64,000 bases of DNA, from contig JAUXYI010000034.1 of NCBI GenBank assembly GCA_030694425.1, positions 31,298-95,297 on the forward strand, in the 5' to 3' direction. This document shows, piece after piece, positions 55,569 through 63,424 of this stretch. The notes under the pieces were generated by a model. That model saw only the letters and a program-made list of their open reading frames with translations, ran no database searches and was not told the DNA's origin. Every line of letters begins with the position of its first letter. Position 1 is the stretch's first letter. Source of the DNA: Thermodesulfovibrionia bacterium. Its GTDB lineage: Bacteria; Nitrospirota; Thermodesulfovibrionia; UBA6902; BMS3Bbin08. The position numbers were made by a program, and so were the translations under genes.

Positions 55569-56540
55569 ATGTCTTTTCCGATTCACAGGCCGAGAAGGCT
55601 CAGGCTTAACAGGATAATCAGAAGCATGGTTCGCGAGACCCATCTTACACCAGAGGATTTTATATACCCTATGTTTGTTACTTTTGGGAAAGGTGTTAAG
55701 AAAAAAATATCTTCAATGCCAGGGTGTTTTCAGCAGTCAGTAGATGAGATAGTAAAAGAAGCGCAGCAAGTCTATAAACTCGGGATACCTGCTGTTCTGC
55801 TTTTTGGCATTCCAGAACACAAAGATGAACGCGGTTCAGAAGCATACAGTCCCAAAGGGGTTGTACAAAAAGCCGTAACGGCTATCAAAGGTAAAATTCC
55901 TGAATTAGTAGTAATTACAGATGTGTGCCTTTGTGAATATATGAGCCACGGCCATTGCGGCATTGTGAAAAACGGCAGGATACTCAATGACCCCACGCTT
56001 GAACTCCTTGCCAAAGAGGCTTTATCTCATGCCAAAGCAGGAGCAGATATTGTTGCTCCTTCAGATATGATGGACGGCCGGGTTTCTGCAATAAGGGACG
56101 TACTTGATGCTAATGGTCTTGAGGACATACCTATAATGAGTTATTCGGCTAAATATGCCTCTGCATTTTACTCTCCTTTCAGAGAGGCGGCAGAATCAAC
56201 ACCCCAATTTGGAGACAGGCGCTCTTACCAGATGGACCCTTCAAACAGAAGAGAAGCCATAAAAGAAGTCGCTCTTGATATTGAGGAAGGGGCAGACATT
56301 GTAATGGTCAAACCGGCCATGTGCTACATGGATATAATTTCTGATATAAAAGATACATTTGATGTGCCTGTTGCAGCGTATAATGTCAGCGGTGAGTATT
56401 CTATGGTCAAAGCTGCTGCAAAACTCGGATGGATTGATGAAAAGAGAATTATGATGGAGATATTGACCTCTATAAAACGCGCCGGCGCTGACCTCATACT
56501 CACATATTTTGCAGTGGATGCGGTAAAGGAATTAAAGTAG
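55569..56540 (+). CDS. hemB: porphobilinogen synthase
   Basis: RPRRLR N-terminus, a DVCLCEY..HGHCG Cys-rich metal site, and an active-site VKPA lysine region. Confidence 0.95.
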   Translation: MSFPIHRPRRLRLNRIIRSMVRETHLTPEDFIYPMFVTFGKGVKKKISSMPGCFQQSVDEIVKEAQQVYKLGIPAVLLFGIPEHKDERGSEAYSPKGVVQKAVTAIKGKIPELVVITDVCLCEYMSHGHCGIVKNGRILNDPTLELLAKEALSHAKAGADIVAPSDMMDGRVSAIRDVLDANGLEDIPIMSYSAKYASAFYSPFREAAESTPQFGDRRSYQMDPSNRREAIKEVALDIEEGADIVMVKPAMCYMDIISDIKDTFDVPVAAYNVSGEYSMVKAAAKLGWIDEKRIMMEILTSIKRAGADLILTYFAVDAVKELK

Positions 56541-56609
56541 GTTATTTTAGATTTTGACAAAAATAAAAACCTGCTGTAAAATATCCGTATAAATATACGG
56601 ATGTGATAT

Positions 56610-56870
56610 ATGCTTACAAAGCGATTAGAAATCTTACTCGACCCCGATGAATATAAAGAGATGCAAAGAGAGGCTAAAGAGCGCGGAGAATCTGTGGGAC
56701 AGTTGGTGAGAGATGTATTAAGGGAAAAGATGGTTAAACCAAGGAAGAAAACATCAGCAAGGGCATTTCAAAAACTTTTCTCTAAAGATATGGAGATAGA
56801 TATATCATCGTGGACAGAAGAAAAAAAGAAGATAACCAAAGCTCGTCTGAAAGAAATTGAAGCTCATTGA
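56610..56870 (+). CDS. RHH-type antitoxin (VapB-like)
   Basis: 86 aa; LEILLDPDEYKEMQREAKERGESVGQLVRDVL is a CopG/RHH pattern. Overlaps the PIN gene. Confidence 0.65.
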   Translation: MLTKRLEILLDPDEYKEMQREAKERGESVGQLVRDVLREKMVKPRKKTSARAFQKLFSKDMEIDISSWTEEKKKITKARLKEIEAH

Positions 56871-57264
56871 CACTAATATCATCCTCTATTCCCTGGGCCG
56901 TGAACATCCTCTCAAAGAGCCATGCAGAGGGCTTATCGCTAAAATAGTTCCCGGGGAGATTGCAGCCAATATAGATGTTGAGGTTTTACAGGAAGTCCTC
57001 TATGTTTATACTTACAGAAATGAGAAAGTTAAGGGTATTGCAGCATGCCGGTATCTCCTTGACATCTTCCCAAACCCATTTCCAGTAACAAAGAATGACA
57101 TTTCCACAGCAATTACTTTTATGGATAAATATCCTTCGCTTGTTTCAAGAGACGCAATCCATGCCGCAGTAGTCGCAAATAACAAACTCAAAGGTATAAT
57201 AAGTGAAGACAGCGACTTTGATATAATTAAAGGCATTAAAAGATTTCGTTGTAAGGATTTTTAG
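56857..57264 (+). CDS. vapC: PIN-domain toxin (VapC-like)
   Basis: LIDTNIILY (first Asp), QEVLY, and SRDAIHAAV / SEDSDFD acidic residues. Confidence 0.8.
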   Translation: MKLIDTNIILYSLGREHPLKEPCRGLIAKIVPGEIAANIDVEVLQEVLYVYTYRNEKVKGIAACRYLLDIFPNPFPVTKNDISTAITFMDKYPSLVSRDAIHAAVVANNKLKGIISEDSDFDIIKGIKRFRCKDF

Positions 57265-57342
57265 AAAAAAGAGTTGTTTTATGAGCTAATTATAGTCTTC
57301 GACTTCTGGAAATGAAAATCGTGAAAGAGTAAAGTATACAAT

Positions 57343-59217
57343 ATGAAAATTTCTTTACCTTCCGGCAAAATTATATCAGGCTCGCCAGACACATCTATTT
57401 TGGAATCTCTTAAAAACGAAGGTATTTACCTTACTTCTTCCTGCGGCGGCAAAGGCACTTGCGGCAAGTGTAAGATAATCATTAGGTCAGGCTCTGTCAA
57501 TACACGTTCAGCAATAAAACTTACGCAGGAAGAGATTAAGAAAGGCTATACCCTTGCGTGTCAGACTTTTCCAGAAGGAGATGTTCTGATTGAGATACCA
57601 AAAGAATCAATGCTCACACTTGAGGGCAGGATTGCTACCGGCAAGTCAAAAGACCTTCAGGCTCTTTTGCGCTCAACAGGCGCTGGGATAGAACCTCTTA
57701 CAGAGAGGATAGTCCTTCAGCTTCCCCATCCGTCTCTTAATGACAATATAAGCGACCTTGAAAGATTGAAGAGGGAACTTTTTTCAAAAGGGCTTGGATG
57801 TCTGAGAGTTCCATTCAGGTTTTTGACAGACCTTGCAAAGACAGTCAGGAAAAAAGACTGGGAGGTAACCCTGTGTATTATACACACTGAAGATTGCAAT
57901 GAAATTACGAATATTTTCCCGGACAATAAAAAAACCCCACGATACGGCATTGCAGTTGACATTGGAACTACAACCCTTGTGGTCTATCTTATTGACCTTG
58001 CCGATGGGAGTCTTGTAGATATTGCTTCTACTTATAATTCACAAATAAGGTTTGGCGACGATGTCATAACAAGGATTGTGTATGCAACCGAGCACAATGG
58101 ATTAAAGAATTTGAACAAGGCAGTTATTACTGATATAAACATCTTTCTTTCATTATTAAAAAAAACCCATCATGTAGATTTTGATTCCATAGACCAGTTC
58201 GTAATAGCAGGAAACACAACAATGACACATCTTTTTTTAGGTCTTGACCCTTCTGCCATAAGAGAAGAGCCTTATATTCCGACAGCAAACAGTTTCCCAC
58301 TTGCCTTTGCAGGGGAGCTCGGGCTAAAAATAAATCCGAATACTCCTGTATACGCATTTCCATGCGTGGCAAGCTATGTAGGCGGTGATATAGTTTCAGG
58401 GGTGCTCGCAGCAAGGCTGCACAAAAAACAGGAACTTTCTCTTTTTATGGATATAGGCACTAATGGCGAGATAGTGCTCGGTAACTCAGAGTGGCTTGTG
58501 GCAGCAGCATGTTCTGCAGGACCTTGCTTTGAGGGCAGCGGCATTAAACATGGAATGAGGGCAACAGAAGGCGCTATAGAAGACGTGAGGATTAACCGTG
58601 AAACGCTTGAACCTGAAATAAAAATAATTGGCGATACTGCTCCAATGGGTATATGCGGTTCAGGAATGATTGATGTGGTTGCAGAGATGTTCCTGACCGG
58701 GATTTTAAATCAGAAAGGAAAGTTGCAGCAAGAGGTTTCAAAAAGGATAAGGGAAGGCGAAGACGGACTTGAGTTTGTTGTCTACTCTCAAGATGACAGA
58801 GATATAGTTCTTACAGAGCCTGACATAGAGAATATAATAAGGGCAAAGGCAGCTATATATGCAGGATTTTCCATACTCCTTAAGGAAGTTGGTTATACCT
58901 TTGATGATATACATAAAGTTTATATTGCAGGAGGTTTTGGAAAATTTCTGGATATAGAAAAGGCTGTAATCCTCGGCATGCTGCCTGACATATCAAGAGA
59001 GAAATTTGAATACATGGGAAATACATCAATTACAGGCGCCTACCTCTGTGCCATTTCCCGAAAGATGCGTGAAGAGGCAGAGGAGATAGCAAGAAAAATG
59101 ACCTACCTTGAACTCTCTGTATCGCGCTCATTCATGGATGAATATGTCTCAGCGCTGTTTATCCCCCATACAAATATAGATGCTTTTTCGAGTGTAAAGA
59201 AATTGATGAAAAAATAG
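57343..59217 (+). CDS. 2Fe-2S ferredoxin plus ASKHA (DUF4445) protein, RACo-like corrinoid reductive activase
   Basis: N-terminal plant-type ferredoxin SSCGGKGTCGKCK...C. DIGTTT and DIGTNGE ASKHA phosphate motifs. Confidence 0.8.
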   Translation: MKISLPSGKIISGSPDTSILESLKNEGIYLTSSCGGKGTCGKCKIIIRSGSVNTRSAIKLTQEEIKKGYTLACQTFPEGDVLIEIPKESMLTLEGRIATGKSKDLQALLRSTGAGIEPLTERIVLQLPHPSLNDNISDLERLKRELFSKGLGCLRVPFRFLTDLAKTVRKKDWEVTLCIIHTEDCNEITNIFPDNKKTPRYGIAVDIGTTTLVVYLIDLADGSLVDIASTYNSQIRFGDDVITRIVYATEHNGLKNLNKAVITDINIFLSLLKKTHHVDFDSIDQFVIAGNTTMTHLFLGLDPSAIREEPYIPTANSFPLAFAGELGLKINPNTPVYAFPCVASYVGGDIVSGVLAARLHKKQELSLFMDIGTNGEIVLGNSEWLVAAACSAGPCFEGSGIKHGMRATEGAIEDVRINRETLEPEIKIIGDTAPMGICGSGMIDVVAEMFLTGILNQKGKLQQEVSKRIREGEDGLEFVVYSQDDRDIVLTEPDIENIIRAKAAIYAGFSILLKEVGYTFDDIHKVYIAGGFGKFLDIEKAVILGMLPDISREKFEYMGNTSITGAYLCAISRKMREEAEEIARKMTYLELSVSRSFMDEYVSALFIPHTNIDAFSSVKKLMKK

Positions 59218-59252
59218 TCACCCTAAAACAGAGATAGAGATTTCTTAAAGTT

Positions 59253-59345
59253 CCCTCTCCCTTGATGGGAGAGGGTTAGGGTGAGGGTGAAAATAACCCA
59301 GAAAGTTACCCCTCCCCTCTGTCCCCTCCCTCAAGGGGAGGGGAG
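59253..59345. repeat. family C G/C-rich palindromic repeat
   Basis: ccctctcccttgatgggagagggttagggtgagggtg...cccctcccctctgtcccctccctcaaggggaggggag. Confidence 0.6.
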
Positions 59346-59456
59346 TCATAAGAAAAAGACATTTTCTAAATCGGGATTTGGGTAGTCATATTTTGATTGA
59401 CTATTTAGTTTTATTGATTGACTACTCCTTCAAGCTCCAAAAGGCTTATATCCATA

Positions 59457-59831
59457 TTATTTCTTCCAAAATTCCTTTTCAAGCCTTAAAAGGGTAAGAT
59501 AGTGCTCTCTAAGTTGGGGAGGGAGTTCATTCAGGAGAGAAAGTATTTCTTTCTTTGAGGGCGCCCTTCCGCTCCTACATTTATATTCAGATACCTCTTC
59601 ACGAACCCTGTCAGCCTCTTTCTCATCTTTCTTAAAAAAATTGATAAGAGGGACATTCAGCGCTTTCGCTATTTGCTCAAGGGACTTTTGTGTAAACCGT
59701 CTTTTGCCGCTTTCAATCTGAGTTATATACCCCTGTGATAAGTTACTCCTAAGGGCCACTTCTTCCTGTGTAAGCCCCATCTTTCTCCTTATCTTTCTAA
59801 GATTTTCACCAACTATATTTTTTCTTTTCAT
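59457..59831 (-). CDS. XRE-family HTH transcriptional regulator, paralogue 2
   Basis: Most residues identical to 19969-20355 by eye (MKRKNIVGENLR..., LPPQLREHYLTLLRLEKEFW). Confidence 0.85.
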   Translation of the reverse strand: MKRKNIVGENLRKIRRKMGLTQEEVALRSNLSQGYITQIESGKRRFTQKSLEQIAKALNVPLINFFKKDEKEADRVREEVSEYKCRSGRAPSKKEILSLLNELPPQLREHYLTLLRLEKEFWKK

Positions 59832-59841
59832 TTAAGAATCC

Positions 59842-59915
59842 TATAACACTTTTTTTATTACTTACAAATACAACATGCAATTTTTTTCTTGACAAAAATA
59901 TTTCAAAGTGTTATA
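59842..59915. promoter_or_regulatory. divergent promoter/operator region of XRE-REC pair 2
   Basis: CTTGACA (59888), a 17-nt spacer, then TATAAA. The 11-bp inverted repeat tataacacttt / aaagtgttata (59842, 59905) brackets it. Confidence 0.4.
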
Positions 59916-60042
59916 AAAACCAAGGTTATAGAATTTGACAGTTAGTTAATCCATTTTATTATCTGATTATAAGGCGTCTACTTACTATGACTTAGAACAT
60001 AAAGATTGAAATAACAAGAAAACATATAAAACTTATATACGA

Positions 60043-60426
60043 ATGCAGGGTAAACCAAAAATTCTCATCGTTGACGATCAATTAGAATTACGAGAAGTCA
60101 TCAGGTTTGTTCTTAAAGACAAATACCTGGTTGCCGCAGTCACGGGAGCAGAAGAAGCCTTCAAATATATGGCTGATAATCCTGTTAATCTGGTATTACT
60201 CGACATTAATATGCCAAAAATAGATGGGATAACAGCGCTTCAGGAAATAAAGAAAAGTCATCCTGAGACAGAAATTATATTTGTGACTGCATATGCAACT
60301 CTTGAAACAATACGAAAAGCTTTAAATCTTGGCGCATTTGGGTTCCTTATGAAACCTTTTGACCATGACAAACTTATTAATATTGTAGATGAAGCGCTTA
60401 AAAACAGGGACTCAAATAAATCTTGA
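60043..60426 (+). CDS. single-domain response regulator (receiver only), paralogue 2
   Basis: IVDDQ, LLDINMPKIDGI, FVTAY, MKPF. Clearly paralogous to 19463-19837. Confidence 0.85.
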   Translation: MQGKPKILIVDDQLELREVIRFVLKDKYLVAAVTGAEEAFKYMADNPVNLVLLDINMPKIDGITALQEIKKSHPETEIIFVTAYATLETIRKALNLGAFGFLMKPFDHDKLINIVDEALKNRDSNKS

Positions 60427-60518
60427 GTCCAAAAATGCAATTAATCACAGGATGGAGAGTGATCTTTCCCCTAATTCTATAGAAATTTCGCAATGAAAAG
60501 TTTAAAAGATTAATACGT

Positions 60519-60776
60519 ATGAACGAAATCGAAAAAAAGGTTTACGAAGTCCTGCATAATTTAAATTGGCTTATGGAAGGCCATGATAGCTTCGCTGAAT
60601 TAATTAAAGTTAAGGGCAACAAGGTAGTATTACGTTGTGTTGGATACTGCGCTGAATGCGAGAGCAACTGCATAGAAGTAGCTTTTAAAGAGAGGATGCC
60701 TGACATTGAATTAATTATTCGTCATAGCGCAGCCTTTAAAAAGGAAAATAAAAAAACTAAAATTAGAGAATTATAA
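60519..60776 (+). CDS. NifU C-terminal-like small protein
   Basis: 85 aa. The pattern ...ELIKVKGNKVVLRCVGYCAECESNCIEVAFKERMP resembles a NifU-like domain with CxxC. Confidence 0.4.
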   Translation: MNEIEKKVYEVLHNLNWLMEGHDSFAELIKVKGNKVVLRCVGYCAECESNCIEVAFKERMPDIELIIRHSAAFKKENKKTKIREL

Positions 60777-60802
60777 GCAGAAGAAGCCTTCGCCCTTTGT
60801 CA

Positions 60803-60984
60803 TTACTAAGAAGACCATAAGTAAGAGTACATTGCTTTTTCCGTCATTCCCGTCCCGATACTTCGGGATAAGCTGGAATCCAGTATTTTCTTTGGTTTCC
60901 TGGATTCCTGCTGGAGTTTATCCCGTGCTTCATACGGGGCAGGAATGACTGCTTACGAGGCTTTACTAATGAACTCATTAGTAA
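60803..60984. mobile_element. family A MITE, inverted relative to the 55261 copy, with nested extra hairpins
   Basis: The ends ttactaagaagaccataagtaagag... and ...ctttactaatgaactcattagtaa are reverse complements of the ends of the 55261-55411 copy. Extra gtcccgatacttcgggat and ccccgtatgaagcacggg modules are inserted. Confidence 0.8.
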
Positions 60985-61083
60985 CTCAGCAATGTCACCC
61001 TGTATTTTCCTGCCAGTAGAAGTTGATTATAAATTGTGCTAAAATGTTCCATACTTTAAATCTCTCTTAGAAGGAGATATTGT

Positions 61084-62412
61084 TTGGAGAAGACCGTTGC
61101 GGTCAGCTTTGAAGAAGACATTGTAAAGGTTGTTCATGCCTCTTTAAAGGGAAACAGTATCTCTATTGACAAAGCAGAAATAATCGCAGACGACCAACTC
61201 GATAATTATTTAAGAAGAGAAAAGTCAAAAAAATTCATCGTAACTTACAATTTTAATGAATCCTACCATAATGTAGTCACGGTTCCGGTCGCGGGCACAA
61301 GGCATCTTGAAAAAATCGTAGAATCAGAAATCAAAAAAACCGTAGAGATAAAAGATTTCTCGTTCATATATACCCCTATGGGCGAGCGGGTTATTGGAAA
61401 CAAAAGAGTGACGGAACTCGCGTATTTTGCTGTCAATAATGAGGAGCTTCGAAATGTAGTTAAGAGATTTTACGATAACGGCAAGATGGTAAAGGCAGTA
61501 TATCCAAAGGTTTTTTCAGTTGCACCGCTGTTTGAATTTAGAGATGAAGCCGTAATCGGTGTATTGGGCGCAAAGACAGAGAAAACCGCATTTCTTATCA
61601 AAAAAGGGATAATTTATTTTATAAGGAAATTCAGTTCATTAACAACTGATATTTCTGATATAGATATTCAGGATATAAATATGACGGCAAATTATTGTCT
61701 GCAGAATATCAGAATAAATCCATCATTAGTCATCTTCCTCGGTAATCTATTGGAATCATCCGACATTAATATACCCACAACCGTACCTTTAGCAGTGCTT
61801 CATAAACCTGAATATATCCGTTGTGACAGAAAGACATTTAATGATTTTATCCTTCCAATTACTTCTTTTTATGCCTCTAAATCATCAAACATCCTGAATA
61901 AAGAATTTAAAGATATCTACATGTTAAAAAACTACCTGTTAAATGCATCCAGAGTTTTTGTCATACTCGCATTTTTGTGTCTTGGCATTGCGTTTTATAA
62001 TGTAAAAAATATTGCCGATATGAAAGGCACGCTGAAATTAATAAAAGCTAATAATGCAGATATAGAGAATATATTTTCAGAATATACTGCAAAGGAGACC
62101 CAGCTAAGACAGTATATGCCTACAATCAATTTTCTAAATAAGGATGCCCCTGATGTCCAGAAATTATTAATTGCGTTAACTGAGATTGATATGAAAGATT
62201 CAAAAATCGACTCAATTGAAGCAGCAGCAAAGGATGATTCTATTTCTGTTACTATAAACGGGACAATTCACGCAGATACATACACCTCTATCCAGGCAGG
62301 GTTTCAGGATATGATGGATTCCCTGAGTAAAATTAAGGATGTCAGGATTTCAGATAAAACCATGGACATAGATAGGAAAACTTTTTTAATAAAATTGGAT
62401 TACAAGAATTAA
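61084..62412 (+). CDS. PilM/PilN-fusion-like (MshI-like) pilus assembly protein
   Basis: Cytoplasmic actin-like N-terminal part, a single TM segment (VFVILAFLCLGIAFY) and a periplasmic tail. The call rests on architecture and context before the secretin; the motifs are weak. Confidence 0.4.
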   Translation: MEKTVAVSFEEDIVKVVHASLKGNSISIDKAEIIADDQLDNYLRREKSKKFIVTYNFNESYHNVVTVPVAGTRHLEKIVESEIKKTVEIKDFSFIYTPMGERVIGNKRVTELAYFAVNNEELRNVVKRFYDNGKMVKAVYPKVFSVAPLFEFRDEAVIGVLGAKTEKTAFLIKKGIIYFIRKFSSLTTDISDIDIQDINMTANYCLQNIRINPSLVIFLGNLLESSDINIPTTVPLAVLHKPEYIRCDRKTFNDFILPITSFYASKSSNILNKEFKDIYMLKNYLLNASRVFVILAFLCLGIAFYNVKNIADMKGTLKLIKANNADIENIFSEYTAKETQLRQYMPTINFLNKDAPDVQKLLIALTEIDMKDSKIDSIEAAAKDDSISVTINGTIHADTYTSIQAGFQDMMDSLSKIKDVRISDKTMDIDRKTFLIKLDYKN

Positions 62413-62413
62413 T

Positions 62414-62944
62414 ATGCAATATTTTAAATATATTAAGAATATTCTAATGATTTATTTTATAAGCAGCGCTGTTTTGGGTTTTGCAGTATTTTCATTGATA
62501 ACACTTCATCAATATAGCAACCACCTTGTTGATACGCTTCATGTGATAAAAAATATCAGTAATAATAAGGATAAAGTCAGAACCCAGATTGATGAAATGG
62601 AGTCGGTGATAAAATATCTCAAGTATGATTTAAAGCTAAGTGCAGTTGATATATATTCGGAAATATCATTTTTCCAGAGGCTTGATGATATAAAGACAAA
62701 TATGAAAGATGCCTCCATAGCCATAACCAGATTTGAAGATGCTGAGGGGGAAAAAACGCTTCCTGTTCAAATTGCCGTGCCGGTGAAGAATTACAAAATG
62801 TTAGTGGATTATGCAGGTTATATTGAATCATTCAGTATTCCTCCTGCTTTTAGAATCAAAGATTTTTCCATATCAAGAGATCCAAAGGGGGATTTTGTAT
62901 TTAATATTCGGGGCGCATTGAGGGCGCCTGTTATTAATCGGTGA
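62414..62944 (+). CDS. PilO/MshJ-like bitopic pilus assembly protein
   Basis: N-terminal TM segment, then a coiled-coil-like segment. Called on position in the cluster only. Confidence 0.3.
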   Translation: MQYFKYIKNILMIYFISSAVLGFAVFSLITLHQYSNHLVDTLHVIKNISNNKDKVRTQIDEMESVIKYLKYDLKLSAVDIYSEISFFQRLDDIKTNMKDASIAITRFEDAEGEKTLPVQIAVPVKNYKMLVDYAGYIESFSIPPAFRIKDFSISRDPKGDFVFNIRGALRAPVINR

Positions 62945-62983
62945 CTGGCTGTTTAATATAAAATATAACTTATTGAATGGACA

Positions 62984-63424
62984 ATGGATAATAAAATAAA
63001 GATATCAATTGTTTTTCCAGTAATTTTAATTATAATACTTATATTGATAGCTAACTCCATTCATTTTAAAGGAAAATTTTCAGAAATTGAGATGCAAACC
63101 CTTAAATTTAAGCCATCAGGTATCATGCTGAAACAAAGGGAGAGCGCGCAGGTTAGCGCAGACTTAAAAAGTCCAATAGATTTTACTCACGTGGGCTCTC
63201 AGGGGTTGTTTCCTACAGTGGCTCTGGATACTTTAGCGCCGCAGGCGGGAGGGGGATTATCTCTTATTGTAATCAGCGGAAAAAGCCGAATGGCAATTAT
63301 TAAGGGCGTTGTTGTTAAAGAGGGAGATAGTATTGACGGGGTAAAGATAGTTAGGATAGAACTCGACAGGGTATTATTAAAAGATAAAACAACACAATGG
63401 CTTTATATGGAGAAAATAAAATGA
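62984..63424 (+). CDS. PilP/MshK/GspC-like small periplasmic protein
   Basis: N-terminal TM segment. C-terminal MAIIKGVVVKEGDSIDGVKIVRIELDRVLLK resembles the GspC/PilP beta-domain pattern. Confidence 0.3.
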   Translation: MDNKIKISIVFPVILIIILILIANSIHFKGKFSEIEMQTLKFKPSGIMLKQRESAQVSADLKSPIDFTHVGSQGLFPTVALDTLAPQAGGGLSLIVISGKSRMAIIKGVVVKEGDSIDGVKIVRIELDRVLLKDKTTQWLYMEKIK

